Made by a program: the position numbers and the translations under genes. DNA of 64,000 bases. It comes from Eubacteriales bacterium. Its GTDB lineage: Bacteria > Bacillota > Clostridia > Oscillospirales > CAG-382. Where the stretch lies: contig JAZSFD010000048.1 in NCBI GenBank assembly GCA_045532035.1, positions 34,755-98,754 on the forward strand, given 5' to 3'. This document shows positions 1-10,069 of this stretch, piece by piece. The notes under the pieces were generated by a model. The model worked only from the letters and a program-made list of their open reading frames with translations. It made no database searches and was not told the origin of the DNA. Position 1 is the stretch's first letter; every line of letters begins with the position of its first letter.

Positions 1-1572
1 GTGCGCACGGATGCCGAGCCTTATCTTTCCTATGTGCAAAGATTTTTTGAGCAAATATATGCACAGCTAAAGGACTGCCTCGATGTCGTTTTGGGCATTC
101 AGATTGAAAATGAACTCCTCGGGCAAAAGAATTACTTGATAAAGCTGAAAAAGATGCTCTCAGATATTGGCTTTTTTGCCCCATACTACACGATTACGGG
201 TTGGGGAGGCACAGATTCGCCCGAAAGTTGTCCCGAAGGAGAGGTGCTTTCTCTTTACGGCGGTTATCCCGAATCTCCGTGGGTAGACAATGTTGAAGAA
301 TATCACGACAACCCAAACTTTCTTTTTTCAAAGGAGAGGAACGATGGAAATATCGGCAAGGATCTTTTTGAAAGGGACAGCGCATCTGTTGATGAAGGTG
401 TTGCGGCAGAAAAAACACCCTTTTTGACTTGTGAGCTTGGCGGCGGAAATCAGATAACCTACCACAGGCGCCCTTTGATATGCGCGCAGGATATTTTTTC
501 GATTGCAATATGCAAGCTTGGCTCGGGCGCCAACGGACTTGGATACTATGTTTATCACGGCGGAGTGAACCCTGTGGGAGAAACCACCATGCAGGAATCA
601 CAAAAAACGGGGTATCCCAATGATCTGCCCATAATTTCATACGATTTTCAGGCACCTATCGGGGAAGCAGGACAGATTCGCAAAAGCTATTTTCTGCTTC
701 GCGCCCTGCATAAATTTATTGACTCCGACGGCGAAAGGCTTGCTCCCATGCCTGCCGTATTTCCCGATGAGCTCCCTTCAAATTTCCTTGACACCGAAAA
801 ACTGCGCTGTGCTGTAAGAAGTGATGGGGACAGCGGATATCTGTTTGTTTCAAATCATTATCACGGCGGCAAAATGAAAAACATAAGTGAATCTGTAAAA
901 ATTTCTCTTGCAGACGGCGGAGAAATTGAAATTCCCGTAAAGCTTGATGCTCATGCCGCAGGTATCATCCCGTTCAATTACAGAATAGGCTCTCAAAATG
1001 TCAGCTGGCTGACCGTACTGCCCCAGGGTGAGGATGACAACAATGTATATTTTGCAAAAATGTCGGGAATCGCTCCTGAAATATGCCTTGACGGCAAAAA
1101 CATCCTGCCTTTGACAGACGGAATGACTGTTGGCGGTAAAAAGCTGATCATTGTTGATGATGCAGCTTTTATACCGTCATCCGGCAAAAAAATTGTACTT
1201 TCCGTACCACGCACATCTCGGGACAGTTCGTTTTTCGGGCACATTGTGAATTTTGACAGAACTCTGCCCGAATTTGCGCCCGTGAAGGAATATGATTTCA
1301 AGCTTTTTGCGGGTGTAAACTATCTGAAAATAGAAGCGTATGGCAATATCGGTGCGCTTTATTGCAAAGACAAGCTTATTTCTGATCATTACCTCTGCGG
1401 AGACAAGTGGATCATTGATGTAAGAAATATGCCACCCGAAACCGAGTTTGTTTTAAAAATACTCCCCCTCACCGAAAAAGACAGGGAGAAAATATTCTTT
1501 GAGTGCGATATGCCGATTGGTAATCTACTTCCCACGGTGTATGGACTGACAGATGAAACTGTGTTTGTTTAA
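1..1572 (+). CDS. Glycoside hydrolase, GH35-like beta-galactosidase (N-terminus upstream of window)
   Basis: The frame is open from base 1 and runs 523 aa to a stop at 1572. It has a clan GH-A style acid/base region GIQIENELLG and a later TCELGGG region. The family call is from motif recall only. Confidence 0.55.
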   Translation: MRTDAEPYLSYVQRFFEQIYAQLKDCLDVVLGIQIENELLGQKNYLIKLKKMLSDIGFFAPYYTITGWGGTDSPESCPEGEVLSLYGGYPESPWVDNVEEYHDNPNFLFSKERNDGNIGKDLFERDSASVDEGVAAEKTPFLTCELGGGNQITYHRRPLICAQDIFSIAICKLGSGANGLGYYVYHGGVNPVGETTMQESQKTGYPNDLPIISYDFQAPIGEAGQIRKSYFLLRALHKFIDSDGERLAPMPAVFPDELPSNFLDTEKLRCAVRSDGDSGYLFVSNHYHGGKMKNISESVKISLADGGEIEIPVKLDAHAAGIIPFNYRIGSQNVSWLTVLPQGEDDNNVYFAKMSGIAPEICLDGKNILPLTDGMTVGGKKLIIVDDAAFIPSSGKKIVLSVPRTSRDSSFFGHIVNFDRTLPEFAPVKEYDFKLFAGVNYLKIEAYGNIGALYCKDKLISDHYLCGDKWIIDVRNMPPETEFVLKILPLTEKDREKIFFECDMPIGNLLPTVYGLTDETVFV

Positions 1573-1631
1573 TAATACTAATTAACGAAAAATCCCTGAT
1601 AGAAAAGGCAAAAACATCACACTTTTGTATA

Positions 1632-1669
1632 AAAAGCTCTCCGCCAAAAATTTTAGCGGAGAGCTTTTG
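1632..1669. terminator. Bidirectional rho-independent terminator between convergent genes
   Basis: A 10-bp perfect stem AGCTCTCCGC / GCGGAGAGCT is flanked by an A-run and a T-run. Confidence 0.7.
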
Positions 1670-1680
1670 CCATTATTCAA

Positions 1681-3423
1681 TTATTTATCAAAAATTTCGT
1701 TTGCGGTCTTTTCAAGCTGTGCGACGATCGCATCAGCCTGCTCCAAAGTTTTTGCGCAGGCGGTGAGATACGCCTTGATCTTAGGCTCGGTACCCGAGGG
1801 ACGGATGATAAGACTGCAATCGTTTTCAAGATTCATCACGAAAACATCGGCACAAGGAAGATCGATGTCTGATACATCCCCCGTCTTCTTGTCGGTAAGT
1901 TTTCTTTCGAGGTGGTCGGCAACGCTTATAACATCAAGTCCTGCAACCTTTTCGGGAGTGTTTTCACGCAGTGATTTCATAATGCCCGCCATGATGTTCA
2001 TGCCCTGCTCACCGTCGAAGGAGGCGCTGGCTGTCTTGTGACGGAAAACTCCGAATTCTGAATATATCTCCTGCATAAAATCAAGCAGGGTCTTGCCCGA
2101 AAGCTTGCAGTATGCTGCCATTTCGCTTATCATCATTGCGGCAAAAACAGCATCCTTGTCACGAACATATGAGCCCGAAAGATAACCATAACTTTCTTCA
2201 AAGCCGAGCTGGAATCTTTCCTCGTTGCCATTTTCCTCAAGAAGCTTTATCTGCTCTCCAATATATTTGAAGCCTGTCAGGACATTTACCATGCGGCAGG
2301 AAAATTTTTCGGCAATCTTGCCTGCAAGGTCAGAGGTCACAAGGCTCTTGACAGCCATGCTGTTTTCAGGCAATGTTCCCTTTTCGCTCTTTCTTGAAAG
2401 GATGTAATAAAGCATCATGCATCCGATCTCGTTTCCGGTCAGAAGCTTGTATTGTCCGTTTTGGTCGCGCACCGCAACGCCTGCGCGGTCCGCATCCGGG
2501 TCTGTGGCAAGAATGATATCGGGACAGGTGGTCTTTGCCATCTCAATTCCGATCTCAAACGCCTTGGGAAATTCGGGGTTGGGGTATGGAGTTGTGGGGA
2601 AGTTTCCGTCGGGCTCTTCCTGCTCGCGCACCACATCGCATTTGACATTCATGCGCGAAAGTATCTCTCTGACAGGAATGTTTCCGGTGCCGTTAAGGGG
2701 AGTATAAAGCACCGAAAGTCCGCTCTTTTGGCAAATTTCGGGGTCGATGGCGCGTTCCAGCACTTTTTTGTAATAACTGTCGAGCATAACATCGTCGGTA
2801 TAGCAGATGATGCCTTGCTTTACACTTTCGTCAAAATCCGCAACTTCCACCGCAAAATAGTCCACCTTGTTAACAAACTCTGTGGTTTCGTCGGCATAGA
2901 TATCTGTCATCTGACAGCCGTCGGGGCCATAGCATTTATAGCCGTTATACTGAGCGGGATTGTGGCTTGCGGTAATCATAATTCCCGCATCACATCCATA
3001 ATAGCGTACCATATAGGAAAGCACAGGCGTAGGTTCAAGCACCGGAGTGATATATACTTTGATATCATTTACCGCAAGAACGCGCGCCGCGTGCTTTGCG
3101 AAAAGCTCAGAATTGATTCTCGGGTCATAGGATATGGCAACGCTTCCGCCCGATCTTTTTGAATTGATGCAGTCAGCAAGACCTTTTGTCACTCTGCCGA
3201 CAGTGTAGATATTCATGCGGTTTGTACCTGCGCCGATGACTCCGCGAAGACCGGCTGTGCCGAATTTGAGCTCTGTATAAAAACGGTCAAAAACGCCGTC
3301 CTCGTCAGAGGCGATCTTTTTCAGTTCGTCGGCAAGAACCGCGTCATCCACGGCATTTTCGCACCACAAATTATATTTTTCAAGAATTTCTTTGTTTAAC
3401 ATTTGAATTTCAGTTCCTTTCAC
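1681..3423 (-). CDS. pgcA: Phosphoglucomutase / phosphomannomutase family (alpha-D-phosphohexomutase)
   Basis: 580-aa ORF with the active-site Ser loop TASHNPAQYNGYK, the metal loop DPDADR and the sugar-binding region FEESYGY. Confidence 0.9.
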   Translation of the reverse strand: MKGTEIQMLNKEILEKYNLWCENAVDDAVLADELKKIASDEDGVFDRFYTELKFGTAGLRGVIGAGTNRMNIYTVGRVTKGLADCINSKRSGGSVAISYDPRINSELFAKHAARVLAVNDIKVYITPVLEPTPVLSYMVRYYGCDAGIMITASHNPAQYNGYKCYGPDGCQMTDIYADETTEFVNKVDYFAVEVADFDESVKQGIICYTDDVMLDSYYKKVLERAIDPEICQKSGLSVLYTPLNGTGNIPVREILSRMNVKCDVVREQEEPDGNFPTTPYPNPEFPKAFEIGIEMAKTTCPDIILATDPDADRAGVAVRDQNGQYKLLTGNEIGCMMLYYILSRKSEKGTLPENSMAVKSLVTSDLAGKIAEKFSCRMVNVLTGFKYIGEQIKLLEENGNEERFQLGFEESYGYLSGSYVRDKDAVFAAMMISEMAAYCKLSGKTLLDFMQEIYSEFGVFRHKTASASFDGEQGMNIMAGIMKSLRENTPEKVAGLDVISVADHLERKLTDKKTGDVSDIDLPCADVFVMNLENDCSLIIRPSGTEPKIKAYLTACAKTLEQADAIVAQLEKTANEIFDK

Positions 3424-3503
3424 AAAAGGGTTGTTACAAATATTGTAACAATTTTTTGCACTTTTGTCAATAACCCCCTGAATTAAAATGCAAAAGCCGC
3501 AGC

Positions 3504-4220
3504 TTACACTATCATTTCCTTGCGAAGCTTTTCGATGATCTTCTTTTCTCTGCGTGAAACCTTGACTTGGGAAAGTCCCAGGCGCTTTGCGCTTTCGGTC
3601 TGGGTAAGTCCCCGGAAATAGCGCAGATAGATAAGCATCCGCTCATCGTCGGGAAGCTTTTGCAAAGCCTCCGAGAGAGCAAGCTTGTCTGTCATCTCCT
3701 CACTCGTGTCAACACCTATCAGTTCTTCAAATGACGGCGAATCCTCATCCCCTTGCTTTTCCTGCAGTGATATCGCAGGCATCATCGCCTCAAGCGATGT
3801 CACCACCTCCTCCCGGGTCATTGAGCAAATAGTACACAGCTCGGAGATCTTGGGCTCTCTGCCGTTTTTTGAAGCAAATTCTTCAGAGGCACGATATAGC
3901 ATATAGCCTCGACGCTTGATATCACGGCTGATCTTGATGAGTCCGTCGTCCCGCAGGAATCGCTTCAGCTCTCCCGTAACCATATGGACAGCATATGTCG
4001 AAAAGGCTGCACCAAAGTTTTCGTCAAATCCCCTAACCGCTTTCATCATCCCGATATTTCCGATCTGTATCAGATCCTCGGTGTCCTGCCCTCTGCCCTG
4101 AAAACGCAGGGCAATACTCTTGACAAGCCCCGTGTTTTCATAAATCAGCTGTTCAAGAGCTTGCTCATCCCCCTGCTTTGCACGGCGGACAAGCTCAATA
4201 TTTCTGTTGTTGTCATACAT
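3504..4220 (-). CDS. sigF: Sporulation sigma factor SigF
   Basis: 238-aa sigma-70 family protein with region 2 (DLIQIGNIGMMKAVRGFD) and a region 4 HTH (TQTESAKRLGLSQVKVSRREKK). It is the third gene of the canonical spoIIAA-spoIIAB-sigF order. Confidence 0.9.
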   Translation of the reverse strand: MYDNNRNIELVRRAKQGDEQALEQLIYENTGLVKSIALRFQGRGQDTEDLIQIGNIGMMKAVRGFDENFGAAFSTYAVHMVTGELKRFLRDDGLIKISRDIKRRGYMLYRASEEFASKNGREPKISELCTICSMTREEVVTSLEAMMPAISLQEKQGDEDSPSFEELIGVDTSEEMTDKLALSEALQKLPDDERMLIYLRYFRGLTQTESAKRLGLSQVKVSRREKKIIEKLRKEMIV

Positions 4221-4235
4221 TTTCTTCGACCGCGC

Positions 4236-4700
4236 TTAGGTGTCAGACAGCTGTTTTCTGACATTCAGCCTTTTGACCATGGTGACTCTTGTGCCCTTTC
4301 CTTTTTGTGAGCGCACAGTCAGCTTGTCGGTGAAGCTTTCCATGATCGAAAAACCGAGTCCGCTTCGCTCACCCGCCGCGTCGGTCGTGAAAAGAGGCTC
4401 CATGGCGCGCCTGACATCATCAATGCCACAACCGCAATCCTTCACCGTCACGGTGAAAACTCCGTCGGAGTCGTATTTTCCCTCTATGTATATCTTTTTC
4501 TTTTTCTCGTCCTGTTCGTTTTTGTAGGCGTGAACGATACAGTTAGTCACCGCCTCGGACACAGCGGTCTTCAGGTCCGCAATCTCCTCCACTGTCGGAT
4601 CAAGAAATGAGGCAAAGGCTGAAACTATCACCCTCGAATACCCCTCATTCACCGACGACGCATATAGAGTCGTTTTGAAATAATTAAGGATTTTCTTCAT
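4236..4700 (-). CDS. spoIIAB: Anti-sigma F factor / serine kinase SpoIIAB
   Basis: ORF 4236..4763 trimmed to the ATG at 4700 (MKKILNYF...). GHKL-type motifs are present (NCIVHAY, DCGCGI, GLGF). It lies between spoIIAA and sigF. Confidence 0.9.
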   Translation of the reverse strand: MKKILNYFKTTLYASSVNEGYSRVIVSAFASFLDPTVEEIADLKTAVSEAVTNCIVHAYKNEQDEKKKKIYIEGKYDSDGVFTVTVKDCGCGIDDVRRAMEPLFTTDAAGERSGLGFSIMESFTDKLTVRSQKGKGTRVTMVKRLNVRKQLSDT

Positions 4701-4734
4701 TTTTATAAAGTCCTTTCGTTTTTTCCGGGAAAGC

Positions 4735-5061
4735 TTATTGCGCAATATCCTTTGTGTGAACAATCTTCAAAAGCTTGTCGGCACCCGCCAGCTTCAGCAT
4801 TTCTTCCACGCGACGGGCGGGGTCAACCACCATCAGCTCTCCCTTTATGTCATTCATTTTCCTATATCTTCCCAAAACAAAGCCCAGTCCCGAGGAATCC
4901 ATAAAATCTATCTGCGAAAGATCCATAATGAGAGTTTTGGGTCGGTTTTTAAGAATAAGGCTGTCCACCTCGCAGCGCGTGTCTTTCACTGCGTGATGAT
5001 CGACTTCTCCGCAGATCTTCATGAAAAGCTTGTCCTTTTCGTTCCATACGGTAAGATCCAT
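4735..5061 (-). CDS. spoIIAA: Anti-sigma F factor antagonist SpoIIAA (STAS domain)
   Basis: ORF trimmed to the ATG at 5061, which is preceded by GGAGGTG. STAS fold with the phosphorylatable Ser motif DSSGLG. Confidence 0.9.
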   Translation of the reverse strand: MDLTVWNEKDKLFMKICGEVDHHAVKDTRCEVDSLILKNRPKTLIMDLSQIDFMDSSGLGFVLGRYRKMNDIKGELMVVDPARRVEEMLKLAGADKLLKIVHTKDIAQ

Positions 5062-5152
5062 TTTTTCACCTCCGATACTTTTTCCGATTATAGCGCATAG
5101 AGTGCGAAAAAGCTGTCTTTCCGCGCTGTCGGCAATTCGCTTTTTTTGTTTC

Positions 5153-6196
5153 TTAACGCAGCTTTTTGCAAAACGCGCGCTTTTTTGCAAAAATTCTTGA
5201 AATATATATCACAACTCCGCAAAGATAAAGCCCACAAAAGGCAATGACCGCAAAGATTTTACTGTATGATGCCGGCAAAAACAGATAAAACAAATAAAAA
5301 CCAACGGCAACAATTACAAATCCCATCTGCTCCGAGAGCTTTGAGGAAATCTTTGTCAGAAAAACTCTTGCCGCTGATGCAAAAACCGAGATTTTCAGCA
5401 TATACGCCGTGTAATAGGAAAACAGAAAAAGCTCCTGCACATTCATAAACGGCACCTGCGAAAGCATCACTCTGTCGGGTCTGTCAATGAAACAGAGGTT
5501 TTGGGTGCCAAACCACAGCAGATATTTTGCACCCTCCAGAAGAACCGCAACAGAAAAGATGAGAAACGCAAAGAAAAGCCCTTTTTTTCGGTTTGCAGAT
5601 TCCGGCCTGTCGTTTATGAAAAACAACGCCGAACCTCCCGCGCACAAAAGAAAAGCGTCGAAAAAATATTTCGAGTCAAAGGAGATCTGTGAAATTTTGG
5701 CGTTTTCAAGCTCTGTAACACTTCCGAAATCAAGAAAGTTGAAAAAGGTGAGAATGTTCGGCAAAAGAAAAAGCGGCAAAACAAGAATACACACTCCCGA
5801 ATATGAAAAAAATCCTCTTTTTCCGATATAAAGAGCGAGCAAAAGCGACAGAATGACAAAAAACTGCGAGAATCTGCCGCCTGAAAACTCCTTTGATATT
5901 TCAGGAAGACCATCTGCAAAGTTTTTGGTAAAAAAAGAAAAAAGAACCGCACAAAGGACAGACGATACAAAGCCCAACGCTTTTTCAACACCACATGGAG
6001 TAGCATTTTCGGCACGCTCCTTCAGAAAAGCCAAGGTCTTCAGTGCAAAAAATACTGCGGCAAAAACGATAATATCCGCCACAAGTGCTCCTGCAAAGCT
6101 TTGTGATTTTGTCGGCAAAGAGAAAAAAGCAAGCCCCGATAAAAGATAGGCAAAATACGCAGGAAAATTCTTAAGAAGCTCACTTTTTTTCATCAT
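5153..6196 (-). CDS. Multi-pass membrane protein, probable germinant-receptor B-type subunit
   Basis: 347 aa and strongly hydrophobic throughout. It is the last gene of the A-C-B germination operon and overlaps the upstream C-like gene by 17 nt. The assignment rests mostly on context. Confidence 0.45.
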   Translation of the reverse strand: MMKKSELLKNFPAYFAYLLSGLAFFSLPTKSQSFAGALVADIIVFAAVFFALKTLAFLKERAENATPCGVEKALGFVSSVLCAVLFSFFTKNFADGLPEISKEFSGGRFSQFFVILSLLLALYIGKRGFFSYSGVCILVLPLFLLPNILTFFNFLDFGSVTELENAKISQISFDSKYFFDAFLLCAGGSALFFINDRPESANRKKGLFFAFLIFSVAVLLEGAKYLLWFGTQNLCFIDRPDRVMLSQVPFMNVQELFLFSYYTAYMLKISVFASAARVFLTKISSKLSEQMGFVIVAVGFYLFYLFLPASYSKIFAVIAFCGLYLCGVVIYISRIFAKKRAFCKKLR

Positions 6197-6665
6197 GCAT
6201 TCCTCCCGTCATGTTCCTGAAGAAGCGCGAAAAGCTCACCCCTTCGTTTTCGTCGGCACCACTTTCATTCATTATTGCCTCCTTTGCACTCGGAACACGG
6301 TATATGTCGCATTTGAGCTGAAGCTCTACCCGATTTGCCATCCGCACTGCAAGCTCATGCACTGTTTCCTCATCCATACCTTGCCCGAAAATGATACATT
6401 CCAGAGGCTTGAACAGGATGGTGTCAAATTCCGCCTCAAGCATTTCAACAGCTCTGTCGGTCGAGTCTGCAACTCTTACGATTATCTTATCTTTGCCGTT
6501 TTCGGGAGTGCTTTTCCCCGGGGAGGCGAGCTGCGCCGTCACATATATCTTTTCGTCTTCCATGTCGAAGCCAAGCTTTTTGCAAAAAAATCGGTCGTTT
6601 TCATTCTGAGTCGTACAGGAAGCAAAAACCAAAGAAACCGCAATAAGAACAAAAAGTCTTTTCAT
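6180..6665 (-). CDS. Short Ger(x)C-like germination lipoprotein
   Basis: 161 aa with a lipobox LVFASC. It resembles only the N-terminal half of GerxC proteins. Its start overlaps the gerA-type gene stop by 4 nt (ATGA). Confidence 0.45.
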   Translation of the reverse strand: MKRLFVLIAVSLVFASCTTQNENDRFFCKKLGFDMEDEKIYVTAQLASPGKSTPENGKDKIIVRVADSTDRAVEMLEAEFDTILFKPLECIIFGQGMDEETVHELAVRMANRVELQLKCDIYRVPSAKEAIMNESGADENEGVSFSRFFRNMTGGMHDEKK

Positions 6666-8077
6666 TCTGCCTCCTTTGCCTCATCAGGCGCTCTTTTTAG
6701 CGCAAGATCGGGGACTGTTATTATTCCGTCAAGAAGCCCCCTCGGTGCTATGGGGGCAAAAGGTGTAAGATAATGCTTTCCCGCACTTGTCTTCACACAC
6801 AGCCCCGCCGCAAGAGCGAGCAGAAAAAAGGCAACTCCGAAAAGCCCGAAAATGCGGGCGAAAATAAGATTTATAAGTCTTATCAGCGGAAGTGCATTCA
6901 TTATGGGAGGATCAATAAAGCTGCAGGTGGCGGAAAGTGCCGCCACCATTATGACAGGCGCTCCCGCAATCCCCGCTTTTATTGCCGCATCTCCCAATAT
7001 GATACCTGCTACTATCGACACTGCATCTCCCACAGCTCTTGGCATTCGCACTCCCACCTCGCGGATTATCTCAAAAACTATAAGCAGCACCACAAGCTCG
7101 GTAAATGGAGTGAAGGGTATGTCATTACGAGCCTCGGTTATGGTCATATACAGGGTGTGGGGGATTGCCGACACATCAAACTCGAGCAGACCAATATAGA
7201 TTCCGGGCAAAAACACGGCAACAAGCGTTCCAACAATGCGCAAAATACGCAAAAAAGTGGCATAATAGGGTGATTTGAGATAATCCTCCGCCGACTGCAA
7301 GCTTTCAACAAAAAAGTATGGAAGAGTCAGAACGCAAGGACTTCCGTCGCATATCACCGCAACTCTTCCGCCCACAAGCTTCGCCGCCACCTTGTCGGGC
7401 TTTTCGGAATTCCCCACATCGGGAAAAAGCGGATAGCGGGAATCGCCCAGCGAATGCTCGATATATCCCGAATCGATGACGGTCGGAAGATCTATCTTCG
7501 ATAATCTTTTTTTAACCCGTTCTATCACATTTTTGTCGGCAACTCCGTCGAGATATACAACATATATTTCAGTCGGCGAAAGACTGCCCACCGTAGTCTT
7601 TTCGACACACAGTTTTTCAGTTATAAGTCTTTTTCGGATAAGAGCCACATTCATCACGGCGCTTTCCACAAAACCCTCCCTCGGACCGCGGATGACAACT
7701 TCTCCGTCAGGCTCGTTTATCGCCCGTGAATTTGGAGCTTTCGCATCGGCAGCAAAAGCAAAGAGATCCCCGTCAAGATCGAAAAAAATCACCGCATTTC
7801 CGCCGAGAAGAGAAAGCTTTGCCGTATTCTCATCGTCAATTTTCACAAGCTTTGAGGCAAAGACTGCATCGGGCAGATGTTTTTTGTCGTCAAGCTCAAA
7901 AAGAGGCTCGATGAAAAATTCTGATATATAAGCTTTGTCACAGATGCCGATAAAAGAGGCGGCAAAAACCGTCACACCGCAGGGAAGTCCGATCTTGCGC
8001 AGGGCAAAATCACAGCTTTTTGAAAAAGTGCTTTCAAGATGTGCGGCAAGCTCATTTGCGCAAAGTGTATTTTTCAT
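6662..8077 (-). CDS. Spore germination protein, GerA/GerKA family (A subunit)
   Basis: 471 aa with a soluble N-terminal domain (ALIRKRL region) and a C-terminal block of TM helices, as is typical of GerAA-family proteins. Confidence 0.85.
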   Translation of the reverse strand: MKNTLCANELAAHLESTFSKSCDFALRKIGLPCGVTVFAASFIGICDKAYISEFFIEPLFELDDKKHLPDAVFASKLVKIDDENTAKLSLLGGNAVIFFDLDGDLFAFAADAKAPNSRAINEPDGEVVIRGPREGFVESAVMNVALIRKRLITEKLCVEKTTVGSLSPTEIYVVYLDGVADKNVIERVKKRLSKIDLPTVIDSGYIEHSLGDSRYPLFPDVGNSEKPDKVAAKLVGGRVAVICDGSPCVLTLPYFFVESLQSAEDYLKSPYYATFLRILRIVGTLVAVFLPGIYIGLLEFDVSAIPHTLYMTITEARNDIPFTPFTELVVLLIVFEIIREVGVRMPRAVGDAVSIVAGIILGDAAIKAGIAGAPVIMVAALSATCSFIDPPIMNALPLIRLINLIFARIFGLFGVAFFLLALAAGLCVKTSAGKHYLTPFAPIAPRGLLDGIITVPDLALKRAPDEAKEAE

Positions 8078-8178
8078 TTTTCTTTCCTTTTTATGTTCTT
8101 TTGTTCTATTTTTTCCTCTTTACACGAAAATATCCGAAAAAATGATTGTAAAAAAATTAACATATTTTGCCTCAGGTC

Positions 8179-8207
8179 TTGAAAGATGCGACAAAATATG
8201 TTATACT
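8179..8207 (+). promoter_or_regulatory. Sigma-A type promoter of the ASRT-like/PduL/NifU-like/GGGtGRT operon
   Basis: TTGAAA (8179-8184), a 17-nt spacer, then TATACT (8202-8207). Confidence 0.5.
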
Positions 8208-8279
8208 AACATAGAATGGTATCGTTTTGTGAATACCACAAATTTCACCGTCAAAAAGACGGTATCCGAGGAAAAAATC

Positions 8280-8657
8280 ATGTCAAAAGCATACGGTAAG
8301 AAAACCTGGCTCATCCCCGACTGTTTCCTTAACTCAAAATCAAGAAACGAATCGATCAGCCACGAAGCTATCTGTGTCATCAACACCTCTGATGTGGATG
8401 CCCAGATCAAGCTCACCCTCTATTATGAGGACAGAGATATGGCAACAGGCTTTTCGTCTTTCTGCGGAGCTTGCCGTACCCACCACATCCGCCTCGACAA
8501 GATCCGTTCGGAAAAGGGAGAAATGATCCCGAGAGACATTCCCTACGCCATGCTCGTCGAGAGCAACACCCCCATCGTCGTCCAGTATTCGCGCCTTGAC
8601 ACAAGTGAGGTCGAAATGGCTCTCATGACAACCATCGCTTATTCTGTTGATGAATAA
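8280..8657 (+). CDS. Sensory-rhodopsin-transducer (ASRT) family protein, 125 aa
   Basis: ORF 7935..8657 trimmed to the ATG at 8280. The pattern matches my recollection of Anabaena ASRT / Thermotoga TM1070: ISHEAICVINTSDVDAQIKLTLYYEDRD ... RTHHIRLDKI ... VESNTPIVVQYSRLDT ... ALMTTIAYS. Confidence 0.7.
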   Translation: MSKAYGKKTWLIPDCFLNSKSRNESISHEAICVINTSDVDAQIKLTLYYEDRDMATGFSSFCGACRTHHIRLDKIRSEKGEMIPRDIPYAMLVESNTPIVVQYSRLDTSEVEMALMTTIAYSVDE

Positions 8658-8691
8658 TTTTGTGATTAAATCAAAAAAGGAGATAAAAACA

Positions 8692-9288
8692 ATGGCAAAC
8701 AAAGTTCTTCTCGAAACCTCGGCAAGACATCTTCATCTCACCGCCGAGCACATCGAAATCCTTTTCGGAAAAGGACATCAGCTCACAAAGAAAAAGGATC
8801 TTTCCCAGCCCGGTCAGTTCGCTTGTGAAGAAAGAGTAACTGTTGTCGGCTCAAAGAAGGAACTCGCAGGAGTTTCCGTTCTCGGTCCCGCAAGACCTGC
8901 AACACAGGTTGAACTTTCTCTCACAGACGCACGCAGCATCGGTGTTAACGCTCCCATCAGAGAATCCGGTGACATCGCAGGCTCAGGCGCTTGCAAGCTC
9001 GTTGGTCCCTGCGGCGAAGTTGAGATCTCAGAAGGTGTTATTGCCGCTATGCGTCACATCCACCTCGACACAAAGACAGCAAACGAAATGGGTCTTTCGG
9101 ACAAGCAGGTCGTATGCGTTAAGGTCGATTCTGACGGAAGAAAAGCGATCCTTGGCGATGTTGTTGTCAGAGTAAGCGACAAGTTTGCTCCCGCAATGCA
9201 CATCGACACAGATGAATCCAACGCTGTTGGTGCAACTTGCGGCATGGAGGTTGAAATCCTCGACACCTGCGTTTGCAACTGCAAATAA
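8692..9288 (+). CDS. pduL: Phosphate propanoyltransferase / phosphotransacylase PduL
   Basis: Trimmed to the ATG at 8692, after AAAAAGGAG. It has the duplicated PduL repeat with SARHLHLT... and MRHIHLD... His motifs. Confidence 0.85.
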   Translation: MANKVLLETSARHLHLTAEHIEILFGKGHQLTKKKDLSQPGQFACEERVTVVGSKKELAGVSVLGPARPATQVELSLTDARSIGVNAPIRESGDIAGSGACKLVGPCGEVEISEGVIAAMRHIHLDTKTANEMGLSDKQVVCVKVDSDGRKAILGDVVVRVSDKFAPAMHIDTDESNAVGATCGMEVEILDTCVCNCK

Positions 9289-9355
9289 TTTTAATTGCAA
9301 AAACCCTGCTTATTGCAGGTTTAATAAGAAAATAAAAATAAAGGAGACATAAATC

Positions 9356-10051
9356 ATGGCTATTTATTCACGCGAAGTAGAAGAAATGTGTGTTGTTGCC
9401 AAGGGTCCCAACCACGGTCCCGCTCCTATTCCCGAAGAAGGAAAATGGATCCAGGCAAAAGAAATCAAGGATATCTCGGGCTTTACCCACGGTATCGGCT
9501 GGTGCGCACCTCAGCAGGGCGCCTGCAAGCTCTCCCTCAACATCAAGAACGGTATCATCGAGGAAGCTCTCGTTGAGACCATCGGATGCTCGGGCATGAC
9601 TCACTCTGCAGCTATGGCAGCAGAAATTCTCCAGGGCAAGACAATTCTTGAAGCTCTCAACACAGACCTTGTTTGTGATGCTATCAACACAGCAATGAGA
9701 AAGCTCTTCCTCCAGATCGTATACGGCAGAAGCCAGTCTGCTTTCTCGGAAGACGGTCTTACCATCGGCGCAGGTCTTGAAGACCTCGGCAAGGGAACAC
9801 GTTCGCAGGTCGGCACAATGTACGGTACCCGCGCTAAAGGTGTTCGTTACCTTGAAATGGCTGAGGGCTATGTTACAAGAATGGCTCTTGACAAGGACGA
9901 TCAGGTTATCGGTTATGAATTCGTTTCGCTCGGCAAGATGACAGACTTCATCAAGAAGGGCGACGATCCCAACACCGCATACAAGAAGGCTCAGGGCACT
10001 TACGGCAGATTTGATGAAGCTGTTAAGTACATCGATCCTCGTAAAGAATAA
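9356..10051 (+). CDS. NifU/IscU N-terminal-domain-like protein (231 aa, atypical)
   Basis: The region GACKLSLNIKNGIIEEALVETIGCSGMTHSAAMAAEILQGKTILEALN resembles the IscU scaffold fold. The canonical CGD cysteine is not conserved. Confidence 0.6.
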   Translation: MAIYSREVEEMCVVAKGPNHGPAPIPEEGKWIQAKEIKDISGFTHGIGWCAPQQGACKLSLNIKNGIIEEALVETIGCSGMTHSAAMAAEILQGKTILEALNTDLVCDAINTAMRKLFLQIVYGRSQSAFSEDGLTIGAGLEDLGKGTRSQVGTMYGTRAKGVRYLEMAEGYVTRMALDKDDQVIGYEFVSLGKMTDFIKKGDDPNTAYKKAQGTYGRFDEAVKYIDPRKE

Positions 10052-10069
10052 TTCGGGAGGTATAGTATA

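Noticed and set aside
7935-8279. N-terminal 115-aa extension of the ASRT-like ORF
   Set aside because: The extension overlaps the promoter and the divergent gerA start region. It is hydrophobic and low-complexity. The family length is about 125 aa, which matches the ATG at 8280.
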